Shown here one piece after another: positions 1 through 10,142 of a DNA stretch of 64,000 nt. A program made the translations under genes and the position numbers. Each line of letters opens with the position of its first letter. Position 1 is the stretch's first letter. Source of the DNA: an uncultured Candidatus Rokubacteria bacterium (GTDB lineage: Bacteria; Methylomirabilota; Methylomirabilia; Rokubacteriales; CSP1-6); the NCBI GenBank assembly GCA_963747235.1, contig CAVVEU010000013.1, positions 96,001 to 160,000 of the forward strand, given 5' to 3'. The notes under the pieces are model-generated. The model was not told the DNA's origin. It saw nothing but the letters and a program-made list of their open reading frames with translations, and did no database searches.

Positions 1-1493
1 AGGACCTGATCCCGACCCCGTCCGCGGCCATGGCCATCAACGGCAAGCAGGGCACGATCGAGAAGGTCGATACCTACACCGTGCGGTACAAGTTCCCCGA
101 GCCCTACTTCATGCTGCCCGACGTGCTGGCCGGCTCCACCGACCTCGCCGGCCAGATGTTCGGGTACCGCGGCATGGGCGGCTTCGCTCCCGCCCACTAC
201 ATGAAGCAGTTCCACCCGAAGTACGCGGGAGCGGCCGAGCTGGACCGGAAGGTCAAGGAGGCGAAGTTCGACAGCTGGGTGCGCATGTTCCTGGCCAAGA
301 ACGACTGGGCGCTCAACCCGGATCTGCCGGTGCTCTCGGCCTGGAAGACGGTGACGCCGATCAACACGCCGACGTGGACGCTCGAGCGCAACCCCTACAG
401 CGTCTTCGTGGACACGGCGGGCAACCAGCTGCCCTACATCGACCGCGTGGTCCTGACGCTGGCGGAGAACCTGGAGGTGCTGAACCTGCGCGCGATCGCC
501 GGCGAGTACGACTACGCGTCGAGGCACGTCGACCTCGGCAAGCTCCCGGTCTTCATCGAGAACCAGCAGAAGGGCGGGTACAAGGTCTATCTGGATCCCG
601 GCGACTACGGCGGGGACATGATCATCAAGTTCAACCTGAACTACGACGCCGACCCGGAGATCGGCAAGTGGTTCAACACCGCCGACTTCCGGCGCGCGCT
701 CGCGCTCGGCATCGACCGCGACCAGATCAACGAGACCTTCTGGCTCGGCACGGGCACGCCCAGCTCGGTGGTGCCCGCGGACGGCAACAAGTACAACCCG
801 GGTCCGCAGTACCGGAAGATGTGGGCCACCCTCGACGTCAAGAAGGCCAACGAGATGCTCGACAAGATCGGGCTCGCCAAGAAGGACGGCGAGGGCTACC
901 GCCTGCGCGCGGACGGCAAGGGCCGGCTGCGCATCGAGATCATGACGCTCGGCGGCCAGTTCGTGCAGTACACGCAGATCTCGGAGATGATCCGCGAGCA
1001 GTGGAAGAAGATCGGCATCGACCTCACGGTGCAGGAGGTCGAGCGCAGCCTGGCCCTCAAGCGGACCGCGGCCAACGAGCAGCAGCTCGGCGCGTGGAAC
1101 AACGACGGCAGCGAGCACCTGTTCACCTTCCCGCTCCACGTGTTTCCCTTCGAGCTCGCCGCGGTCGCCTCGTCCGGGCCGCTCTACGTCAAGTGGTTCC
1201 ACTCCGCCGGCGCGCAGGGCAAGGAGCCCGAGCCGCGGATGAAGGAGCTGATGGAGAAGTGGAAGAAGGCCTTCGGCGTGCCCGAGAAGGAGCGGATCCA
1301 GCTCGGCAAGGAGATCTGGAAGATCGCCGCCGAGGAGGTCTACATCATCGGCGTGATCGGCATGGGGCCGGCCTCGATGGGCGTGCGCGTCGTCAAGAAC
1401 AACATGGGCAACATCCCGTCGCGCCAGTACAACAGCCCGGACGGCAAGACCCCGGGCATCTCGCGTCCGGCGACGTTCTTCTACAAGAACTAG
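1..1493 (+). CDS. ABC transporter substrate-binding protein, family 5 (peptide/nickel type), 5'-truncated by the window edge
   Basis: Frame is open upstream of ATG 30. SBP_bac_5-like segments (WTLERNPY, GNQLPYIDRV, DFRRALALGIDRDQI, WKKIGI). First gene of a 5-gene ABC operon. Confidence 0.93.
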   Translation, partial: DLIPTPSAAMAINGKQGTIEKVDTYTVRYKFPEPYFMLPDVLAGSTDLAGQMFGYRGMGGFAPAHYMKQFHPKYAGAAELDRKVKEAKFDSWVRMFLAKNDWALNPDLPVLSAWKTVTPINTPTWTLERNPYSVFVDTAGNQLPYIDRVVLTLAENLEVLNLRAIAGEYDYASRHVDLGKLPVFIENQQKGGYKVYLDPGDYGGDMIIKFNLNYDADPEIGKWFNTADFRRALALGIDRDQINETFWLGTGTPSSVVPADGNKYNPGPQYRKMWATLDVKKANEMLDKIGLAKKDGEGYRLRADGKGRLRIEIMTLGGQFVQYTQISEMIREQWKKIGIDLTVQEVERSLALKRTAANEQQLGAWNNDGSEHLFTFPLHVFPFELAAVASSGPLYVKWFHSAGAQGKEPEPRMKELMEKWKKAFGVPEKERIQLGKEIWKIAAEEVYIIGVIGMGPASMGVRVVKNNMGNIPSRQYNSPDGKTPGISRPATFFYKN

Positions 1494-1499
1494 GTCGCG

Positions 1500-1546
1500 C
1501 CCCTCACCCGACCCTCTCCCCGCCGGGGAGAGGGCCGGGTGAGGGG
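1500..1546. repeat. REP-like palindromic hairpin (CCCTCACCCG-A-CCCTCTCCCC / GGGGAGAGGG-C-CGGGTGAGGG)
   Basis: Near-perfect inverted repeat of about 22 bp with a 3-nt loop, between the SBP stop and the permease start. Confidence 0.8.
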
Positions 1547-1567
1547 GAGTGACCCGGGCTCCGACCC

Positions 1568-2558
1568 ATGCTCGCCTACATCGGCCGCCGCGCTCTCCTC
1601 GGGATCTTCACCGTCTGGGCGATCTCCGTCCTGGCCTTCGCCATCATCCAGCTCCCGCCCGGGCGACTACGTCACCTCCTACATCGCCCAGATGGCGTCG
1701 ATGGGCAGCGTGGTCACCGACGAGGAGGCCCAGAACCTCCGGATCCAGTACGGCCTGGGCCAGCCGATCTACGTGCAGTACTTCAAGTGGATGCGGCTGA
1801 TCGTCCAGGGCAACTTCGGCATGTCCATGGAGTGGCGGCGCCCGGTCACCGAGGTGATCGGGGAGCGCCTGTGGCTGACCGTGATCGTCTCGGTGGCGGC
1901 GCTGATCCTCACGTGGGTGCTGGCCCTGCCCATCGGCATCTACTCCGCGGTCCGGCAGTACTCGGTGGGCGACTACGTGGCGACGTTCATCGGCTTCATC
2001 GGGCTCGCGGTCCCCAACTTCCTGCTGGCCCTGGTGCTGCTCTACCTGGGATTCGTGCTGTTCAACGCCCACATCGGCGGACTCTTCTCGCCGGAGTTCC
2101 AGGACGCGGAGTGGAGCGGGGCGCGGGCGTGGGACCTGGCCAAGCACCTGCCGATCCCGGCGGTGATCCTGGGCCTGGCCGGGACCGCGCAGCAGATCCG
2201 GATCATGCGCGCGAACCTGCTCGACGAGCTGCGCAAGCCCTACGTGGTCACCGCGCGCTCGAAGGGGCTGTCGGAGACCCGGGTGATCCTGCGCTATCCG
2301 GTGCGCGTCGCGCTCAATCCGTTCGCGAGCACGATCGGCTACACGCTGCCGTACATCGTCTCGGGCAGCATCATCGTGTCGCTCGTGCTCGGATTGCCGA
2401 CGGTCGGGCCGCTCCTGCTGAAGGCCCTCATCGCCCAGGACATGTTCCTGGCCGGGACCATCGTGCTCCTGCTCGGGGTGATGACGGTGATCGGGACGCT
2501 GATCTCGGACATCGTGCTCGTGCTGATCGATCCGCGGATCCGCCTGGAGGAGACGTGA
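1568..2558 (+). CDS. ABC transporter permease, DppB/OppB-like (frameshift at ~1660)
   Basis: MLAYIGRRALLG..QLPPG continues in another frame as DYVTSY..YGLGQPIYVQY. EAA-like motif YVVTARSKGLS and C-terminal DPRIR. Confidence 0.9.
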
Positions 2559-3724
2559 TGGCCGAGCCCGAGGCGATCCTCGAGCGCGGGCGCGAGCCCC
2601 TGGGCGGGCCGGCGGCGGTGGCCGACACGCGGGAGCAGCGCATCTTCGTGGCCTCGCAGTGGCAGCTCATGTGGTGGCGGTTCCGCAAGCACAAGGTGGC
2701 GGTGGCCAGCGCGCTCGTCGTGGTGGGCTTCTACATGATCGTCCTCGGCGCGGACTTCCTCGCCTACGCCGACCCCAACGCGTCGGAGGCGCACCGCTCG
2801 CTCATGCCCCCGCAGCGCGTGTACTGGTTCGACGGGGGGCGGTTGAGTCCTCACGTGTACGGATTGAAGGGCGCGCGCGACCCGCAGACCTTCAAGCGCG
2901 TCTATGTCGCGGACCCGGATCGGAAGATCCCGATCCGGTTCTTCGCCGAGGGATTCGAGTACCGCCTCTTCGGGCTGATCCCGACCACCCGGCACCTCAT
3001 CGGGGTGGATGGCGGGGCCGACGCCACCCAGGCGGTGTTCCTGCTCGGCACGGACGTGCAGGGACGGGACCTCTGGTCGCGGTTGATGTACGGCACGCGG
3101 ATCTCCCTCACGATCGGGCTGTTCGGGGTCACGGTGAGCCTGATCCTGGGCGTGGTCCTGGGCGGGTTCTCGGGTTTCTACGGCGGGATGGCCGACACCA
3201 TCATCCAGCGCACGATCGAGATCCTCCGGTCCATCCCGACGATTCCCCTCTGGATGGGGCTCGCGGCGGCGCTGCCGCGGGACTGGTCGGTGCTACAGGT
3301 CTACTTCGCGATCACGATCATCATCTCGCTGCTCGGATGGACGGAGCTGGCCCGCGTGGTCCGGGGCCGTTTTCTCGCCATGCGCGAGGAAGACTTCGTC
3401 GTCTCCGCCCGGCTGGTCGGGTGCAGCCAGATGCGGACGATCTTCGTCCACATGGTGCCGTCGTTCATGAGCCACATCATCGCGGCCACCACGCTGGCCC
3501 TGCCCGCCATGATCATCAGCGAGACCGCGCTCAGCTTCCTGGGCCTGGGCCTGCGGCCGCCCGCGATCAGCTGGGGCGTGCTGTTGCAGCAGGCGCAGAA
3601 CGTCCAGACCGTGGCGATCTCGCCGTGGCTCATGCTCCCCGCGGTGCCGGTGATCATCGCGGTCATGGCCTTCAACTTCCTGGGCGATGGCCTGCGCGAC
3701 GCGGCGGATCCCTATGGCCGCTGA
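2558..3724 (+). CDS. ABC transporter permease, DppC/OppC-like
   Basis: TGATG coupling at 2556-2560. SQWQLMWWRFRKHK, LGTDVQGRD, EEDFVVSARLVG, NFLGDGLRDAADP. Confidence 0.93.
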   Translation: MAEPEAILERGREPLGGPAAVADTREQRIFVASQWQLMWWRFRKHKVAVASALVVVGFYMIVLGADFLAYADPNASEAHRSLMPPQRVYWFDGGRLSPHVYGLKGARDPQTFKRVYVADPDRKIPIRFFAEGFEYRLFGLIPTTRHLIGVDGGADATQAVFLLGTDVQGRDLWSRLMYGTRISLTIGLFGVTVSLILGVVLGGFSGFYGGMADTIIQRTIEILRSIPTIPLWMGLAAALPRDWSVLQVYFAITIIISLLGWTELARVVRGRFLAMREEDFVVSARLVGCSQMRTIFVHMVPSFMSHIIAATTLALPAMIISETALSFLGLGLRPPAISWGVLLQQAQNVQTVAISPWLMLPAVPVIIAVMAFNFLGDGLRDAADPYGR

Positions 3725-4720
3725 GCCGCTGCTGTCGGTGCGGAACCTGAAGACCTATTTCACGCAGGATGAGGGGACGGTGCGGGCGGTGGATGGGGTG
3801 AGCTTCGAGATGGCGCCGGGGGCGACGCTCGGGATCGTGGGGGAGAGCGGGTGCGGCAAGAGCATCACCGCCCGGTCGATCATGCGGATCGTGGATCGGC
3901 CGGGACGGATCGTCGAGGGGGAGATTCACTTCAGGCGGCCGTCCGGCGGCAACGGGGCGGGGCCGGTCGTGGACCTGGCGAAGCTCGAGCCCAACGGCGC
4001 CCTGATGCGCTCGATCCGGGGCGCGGAGATCGCGCTCATCTTCCAGGAGCCGATGTCCTCGTTCAGTCCCGTCCACACCGTCGGCAGCCAGATCATCGAG
4101 GCGATCCGGCTGCACCAGCCCCTCGGTCGGCAGGCGGCGCGCGAGCGGGCGATCGAGATGCTGCGGCGGGTGGGCGTGTCCTCGCCGGAGGAGCGGGTGG
4201 ATCAGCTCTCCAACCAGCTCAGCGGCGGCCTGCGCCAGCGCGCCATGATCGCGATGGCGCTGTCCTGCGAGCCGACCCTGCTGATCGCCGACGAGCCGAC
4301 GACGGCGCTCGACGTGACCACCCAGACCCAGATCCTCGAGCTGATGCGCCGGCTCCAGCAGGAAGACGGCATGGCGATCATGCTGATCACCCACGACCTG
4401 GGCGTGGTCGCGGAGATGGCCACCGACGTGGCGGTGATGTACCTGGGCCGGGTGGTCGAGCAGGCGCCGGTGGACGCGATCTTCCACGACCCGCGCCACC
4501 CGTACACGCGGGCGCTGCTGCGCTCGATTCCCCGCATCCGGTCGCGCACGCGGGAGCGGCTGACGCCGATCGCGGGCGCGGTGCCGCATCCCTACGACCG
4601 GCCGAGCGGCTGCCCCTTCCACCCGCGCTGCCCGGAGTTCATGGCCGGACGGTGCGATCGGGAGGCGCCGATCCTGCGCCCGGTGGGCGATCACCACGCG
4701 GTGAGCTGCTTCCTCTACGA

Positions 4721-4724
<4 letters not shown>
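3714..4724 (+). CDS. ABC transporter ATP-binding protein, DppD/OppD-like
   Basis: Walker A GESGCGKS, signature LSGG, Walker [14 protein letters not shown]-terminal GCPFHPRC..C. Confidence 0.95.
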
Positions 4725-5738
<1,014 letters not shown>

Positions 5739-5795
5739 CGCGAGAGGCGGGCGCCTACCGGGCGTCCCGCTTGGCCTGCTTCCGCTGCCCGCTCG

Positions 5796-5978
5796 TCACT
5801 GGCGCGGGTCCTTGCCCGTGAAGCCCGGCGAATGAATCTGGGCGCACGCGATGGAGCAGTAGACACGCGCCTTCGCGGTCGCGGGGTCGCCGCTCCGGAT
5901 GGAGTAGGGGAGGAACTTGGCCTGGCCGCATCCGTGGCAGACCGGTCGATGTTCGTCCTGCGGTAGCTGCGGCAGCAT
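5796..5978 (-). CDS. Small hypothetical Zn-finger protein (60 aa, CHGC...YCSIAC)
   Basis: GGAGG Shine-Dalgarno before ATG 5978. Four Cys arranged as CxxC and CxxxC. Confidence 0.55.
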   Translation of the reverse strand: MLPQLPQDEHRPVCHGCGQAKFLPYSIRSGDPATAKARVYCSIACAQIHSPGFTGKDPRQ

Positions 5979-6071
5979 GGCAGCCTCCATCGTTGTGCTG
6001 GGCGTTGGGTTGGGGGCGGGGGTGCGGTCTCGATCGTCGTGGCCTCCACGCGTAACAACGCGCGGGTGGAG

Positions 6072-6100
6072 CGGCCATTGGACCAACGTCCAATAGGCCG
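6072..6100. promoter_or_regulatory. Palindromic operator-like site ATTGGAC-N4-GTCCAAT
   Basis: Perfect 7-bp arms at 6077-6094, extendable with CGGCC/GGCCG, in a divergent intergenic region. Confidence 0.45.
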
Positions 6101-6129
6101 GACGGGTCACGCCGCACTACAGTGATTTC

Positions 6130-6549
6130 ATGGGGAGATCTCCCGGCGGGCCCCTGGCCGGTGACGAGCCGGCGGCGACGGGCGTGGCGTCGTGGTCCAT
6201 CGACCACATCAGCGGCGTGACGCTGGCGGTGCGCGAGATGGCCGAGTCGGTGGCGTTCTACGGCAAGCTCGGGTTCGAGGTCTCCTACGGCGGATCCGAC
6301 GCCCCGTTCACCACGATGCGGGCGGGGCAGAGCGTCGTCAATCTGCGGCAGGAAGCGACGAGCGGAGGCGGCGCCTGGAATCGCGTGATCCTCCGCGTGC
6401 GCGGAGTGGACGCGCTCCATCGGGATCTGGTCGGGAAGGGCCTCGGGCCGACCGCGCCCCGGGACGCGGAATGGGGCGAGCGCTATTTCGAGATCCCGGA
6501 CCCTCAAGGAGTCGTGATCAGCTGCGCGGAGCCGATCCGGTTCGAGTAG
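6130..6549 (+). CDS. VOC/glyoxalase family protein (start uncertain, possibly GTG 6184)
   Basis: IDHISGVTLAVREMAESVAFYGKLGF and PRDAEWGERYFEIPDPQG motifs. Confidence 0.88.
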   Translation: MGRSPGGPLAGDEPAATGVASWSIDHISGVTLAVREMAESVAFYGKLGFEVSYGGSDAPFTTMRAGQSVVNLRQEATSGGGAWNRVILRVRGVDALHRDLVGKGLGPTAPRDAEWGERYFEIPDPQGVVISCAEPIRFE

Positions 6550-6632
6550 TGCACGTGTCCAATCGAGGACACATTTCCGAGTGGTCAAATCGGAACAGAT
6601 TCCGCTCGGTGAAGAGCGTACTCAGTCCCTGA

Positions 6633-7437
6633 ATGGAGTACAGAGTGGTACAGCACATGTGGATCGCTCCGCTCGTCGCCCTCGCGCTGGCCGAGATCGC
6701 GGTGATCGCGACCTCCGTGTACCTGCACCGGGGGCTCGCGCACCGCGCGCTCCGGCTGCATCCGGTCATGGATGGATGCTTCCGGGCCCTGCTCTGGCTG
6801 ACGACGGGCCAGAGCCGGCGGGAGTGGGTCGCCGTCCACCGCAAGCATCACGCCTTCACCGATCGAGAGGGCGATCCGCACAGCCCCCGGCTGTTCGGCT
6901 TCTGGAACATCCAGCTCTGGAACGTGTACTACTACGCGCGGGAAGCGCGCAACCCGGACACGCTGCGGACGTTCGCGCCCGATATCGCGGAGGACTGGCT
7001 GGATCGCGTGGTGTTCTCGCGGGGCCTGTAGCGGAGTCGGGATCGGGATCGTGTTTCTGTGCCTGGTGTTCGGACTCTGGGTCGGCCTCGCGGCCGGGCT
7101 GGTGCACGCGGTGCTGTACGTGTTCGTGCTGGCGCCGCTGATCAACGGTCTGGGGCACTGGCGCGGCGAGCAGAACTTCGGCAACACCGCCTACAACTCC
7201 CGGGCGCTCGCCTGGGTCACCGGCGGGGAGAGCCTGCACAACAACCATCACGCGCATCCGCGCGCGCCGAAGTTCAGCATGCGGCGGTTCGAGTTCGATC
7301 CATCGTGGGTGGTGATCCGTTGCCTCGCCGCGGTGGGACTGGTGGAGATCGTGGGGGCGCCCGTGCAGCTTGCCGAGCCTGGAGTCGTCGGACGAGCGAT
7401 CAGCGGGGGAAACGACAAAGGGGGCCGTGATGACTGA
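6633..7437 (+). CDS. Membrane acyl-CoA/fatty acid (delta-9-like) desaturase (1-nt frameshift at ~7029)
   Basis: Three His boxes HRGLAH, HRKHH and HNNHH, plus DPHSP, INGLGH and EFDPSW. Confidence 0.9.
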
Positions 7438-8008
7438 GCAGGTCGTGAGAATGGGCCTGATGTGGATTTTGGCCGGCCTCAGCGCCGGCTGGCTGGCCGA
7501 GACGCTGATCGTCCGGCGGGGCTACGGCCTGCTCGTGGACATGGGCCTGGGCGTCGGGGCGGGCCTCCTCGGCGGCGGCCTGTTCATGATGGGGTCGGAC
7601 CGTCCGGCCGGGACGCTGGCGATGTTTGTCGGCGCGTTCGTCCTCGCGTCCCTGGTGATCGTGGCGCAGCGGCTCTTCCTGCCGCGCACGCCCGGCGCGC
7701 GGGCGCGGAAAGCCCAGCTCCGCCTCACCGAGCTGCGGGGCACGGCGCCCGGCGAGAAGGACACGGTCTCTGGACTGCATGGGGCCGGCAATGGAGTGAT
7801 CGGCCGACCCGCCGCGCACGTGCTCATGCGCGTGGCGACGACCGGGATCTACCTGCTGCGCGGGGTGCCGCTGGAGCTGCAGCGCGCGGCGCGGGTGCGC
7901 GCGGTGAGCGACGGGACCACGCTTCACCAGGTGCTGCTCAAGGGTCTGGGCGAGTACGCGGCGGGAACCTGGACCCCTCAGCCGGGCAAGAAGCGTTCAG
8001 CCGCGTGA
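7430..8008 (+). CDS. GlsB/YeaQ/YmgE-like membrane domain fused to a C-terminal ribbon-helix-helix-like domain
   Basis: N-terminus WILAGLSAGWLA..GYGLLVDMGLGVGAGLLGG. C-terminus IYLLRGVPLELQRAARVRAVSDGTTLHQVLLKGL. Confidence 0.7.
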   Translation: MTEQVVRMGLMWILAGLSAGWLAETLIVRRGYGLLVDMGLGVGAGLLGGGLFMMGSDRPAGTLAMFVGAFVLASLVIVAQRLFLPRTPGARARKAQLRLTELRGTAPGEKDTVSGLHGAGNGVIGRPAAHVLMRVATTGIYLLRGVPLELQRAARVRAVSDGTTLHQVLLKGLGEYAAGTWTPQPGKKRSAA

Positions 8009-8027
8009 GCGGCGTGCGGCGGACGCG

Positions 8028-8276
8028 TCAGGGGCGGGGCTTGGTGGGCCAGTGGCGGTCGGCGACGCCGGGCTCGAGGAGCTCGGGAGTCACGACCGGG
8101 ACCGGCTGCAGCGGATCCTCGACCTCCACGCTCTCGTCCATCATGATCCAGGCGAGCATTCGTCCCTTCGCCGTTCGACGCGGTGATCCGAACCAGACGC
8201 GGCCCTCCGCGTCGAGCCCCACCAGGTGCCAGCCGTCGCCCTGCGTGATGACCTGGATCTGCCGGAGACCTTCCAT
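8028..8276 (-). CDS. Small hypothetical protein (82 aa, QI..LVGLDAEGRVW blade-like motif)
   Basis: GAGG before ATG 8276. Motif shared with 20273..20431. Confidence 0.6.
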   Translation of the reverse strand: MEGLRQIQVITQGDGWHLVGLDAEGRVWFGSPRRTAKGRMLAWIMMDESVEVEDPLQPVPVVTPELLEPGVADRHWPTKPRP

Positions 8277-8340
8277 GGTGAACCTCTTCCGCGGACTCGC
8301 GAGTCGAGCCCGACACGTCCACACTAGCACGAACGCGATA

Positions 8341-8369
8341 TTGACAAGGCGGGCGCGCGCCACTACGGT
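8341..8369 (+). promoter_or_regulatory. Sigma70-type promoter of dnaA, predicted leaderless
   Basis: TTGACA-17 nt-TACGGT-5 nt-ATG, with no SD. Confidence 0.65.
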
Positions 8370-8374
8370 CAGAC

Positions 8375-9679
8375 ATGCTTGAAGAGCTGTGGTCTCGGCT
8401 GCTCACCGCTCTCGAAGGTGAGGTTCCCGCCTCGGCGCTGGAGTCGTGGCTGCGCCCGTGCCGGCTCGTCGCGGTGGACGGCGACCGCCTGCGGGTCCTC
8501 GCGCCCAACAAGTACACGCGCGACTGGATCGGCCAGCACCACGTGGACACGATCGAGGCGGCCGCGCGCCGCTTGCTCGGCGTCAACACGCGGGTCTCCA
8601 TCGAGATGGACGCGGAGCCCGAGCCGCCGCCCGCGCTCGCGCGCGAGCGCGTTCCCGGCGCGCTGGACGAGCTGACGCCGCGCTACACGTTCGAGTCCTT
8701 CGTGGTCGGCAGCTCCAACCAGTTCGCGCAGGCGGCCTGCCAGGCGGTCGCCGAGCGGCCCGGGACGGCCTATAGCCCGCTGTTCCTCTACGGAGGGGTC
8801 GGCCTCGGCAAGACCCATCTCCTCCACGCGGTGGGGCACGAGATGGCGCGCCTCCACCCCACGCTGCGGCTGCTCTATCTCTCGTCGGAGCGCTTCACCA
8901 ACGAGCTCATCAATGCCATTCGCTACGACCGCACCGGCGAGTTCCGGGCGAAGTACCGGACGATCGATCTCCTGCTCATCGACGACATCCAGTTCATCGC
9001 GGGCAAGGAGCGGACGCAGGAGGAGTTCTTCCACACCTTCAACGATCTCTACGAGGGCCACAAGCAGATCGTGGTGTCTTCCGACTCCACGCCCAAGGAG
9101 ATTCCCGAGCTGGAGGAGCGGCTGCGCTCCCGCTTCGAGTGGGGCCTGGTCGCCGACATCCAGCCGCCCGACTTCGAGACCCGCGTGGCCATCCTGAAGA
9201 AGCGCGCCGAGATCGAGCGGGTCCAGTTGCCCGACGACGTGGCCTATCTGATGGCGAGCCGCATCAAGACCAACATTCGAGAGATCGAGGGGTCGTTCAC
9301 TCGGATGGCCGCGTTCTGCTCCCTGACCGGCCGCGAGATGAGCGTGGACGTCGCCCAGGAGGTCCTGTCCGAGCTCTGGGGCGCGGACGAGAAGATCATC
9401 ACGATCGAGCACATCCAGCGCACGGTGTCCGGGTTCTTCGGCCTCAAGCTGGCCGACATGCGCACCCGGACGCGGACCAAGGCGGTGTCCTTCCCGCGCC
9501 AGATCGCGATGTACTTCGCCCGCCAGCTCACGCACGCCTCGCTCACCGAGGTCGGGCGCGCCTTCGACAAGGACCACACCACCGTGCTCCACGCGGTGAC
9601 GAAGATCGAGGCGATGATCCGCGAAGACGCGAAGTTCAAGAAGACCGTCGATACGCTCGCCGAGAGCGTGGCGAGATAG
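8375..9679 (+). CDS. dnaA: Chromosomal replication initiator DnaA (orphan/second copy)
   Basis: Domain I (ESWLRP..APNKY..DWI), YTFESFVVGSSNQFA, Walker A GGVGLGKTHLL, LLIDDIQF, RLRSRFEWGL, domain IV PRQIAMY..DHTTVLHA. Confidence 0.97.
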   Translation: MLEELWSRLLTALEGEVPASALESWLRPCRLVAVDGDRLRVLAPNKYTRDWIGQHHVDTIEAAARRLLGVNTRVSIEMDAEPEPPPALARERVPGALDELTPRYTFESFVVGSSNQFAQAACQAVAERPGTAYSPLFLYGGVGLGKTHLLHAVGHEMARLHPTLRLLYLSSERFTNELINAIRYDRTGEFRAKYRTIDLLLIDDIQFIAGKERTQEEFFHTFNDLYEGHKQIVVSSDSTPKEIPELEERLRSRFEWGLVADIQPPDFETRVAILKKRAEIERVQLPDDVAYLMASRIKTNIREIEGSFTRMAAFCSLTGREMSVDVAQEVLSELWGADEKIITIEHIQRTVSGFFGLKLADMRTRTRTKAVSFPRQIAMYFARQLTHASLTEVGRAFDKDHTTVLHAVTKIEAMIREDAKFKKTVDTLAESVAR

Positions 9680-9783
9680 GGAGGCGATCCGCGTGGGCTC
9701 TCACCTGATCTCGGTCATGACCGCCGCGTGGCAGCGGCTCGTGGGGCCGCCCGCGCGTAACGGCGTCGCGCACGACCCGGAGC

Positions 9784-9830
9784 GCAGCGTCGCAGCGTAG
9801 GCCCAGCGTGCCCAGCGTGCACGCAGCGTG
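9784..9830 (+). repeat. Five tandem CAGCGT hexamers
   Basis: CAGCGT at 9785, 9793, 9804, 9813 and 9824. Confidence 0.7.
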
Positions 9831-10142
9831 AAGGTCCGCGAGCTCACCTGGCAATCCGGGGAGGCGGCGGTCTGGCCGGTCGGGTGGGTGGACTGGGCGG
9901 ATCCGGGCGGGGCCTCCGACGTGCCCGAGACGGGCGTGCTGGAGGGGCTCACGCGGCTCGGCAACCGCTTGCTGCTACGGATCAACGTCAACGGCAGCCG
10001 GCGCACCGCGGGGCTCGAGTGGGACGCGCCGCCGAGCGTGGACGACGTGGAGGCCGTGCTGCAGGCGAACCTCGGGGCCCAGATTCGCGCGGTCGGGCAG
10101 CTCGAGGTGCCGATCCGCGCCCGGCCGGGTCCGTCCGCGTGA
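9828..10142 (+). CDS. Hypothetical protein (104 aa, Trp-rich N-terminus)
   Basis: GTG start, protein-like composition, GTGA coupling to the next gene. Confidence 0.7.
   Translation: MKVRELTWQSGEAAVWPVGWVDWADPGGASDVPETGVLEGLTRLGNRLLLRINVNGSRRTAGLEWDAPPSVDDVEAVLQANLGAQIRAVGQLEVPIRARPGPSA

Noticed and set aside
8294-8305. 12-bp palindrome GACTCGCGAGTC upstream of dnaA
   Set aside because: Several palindromes of this size are expected by chance in 64 kb, and there is no other support.
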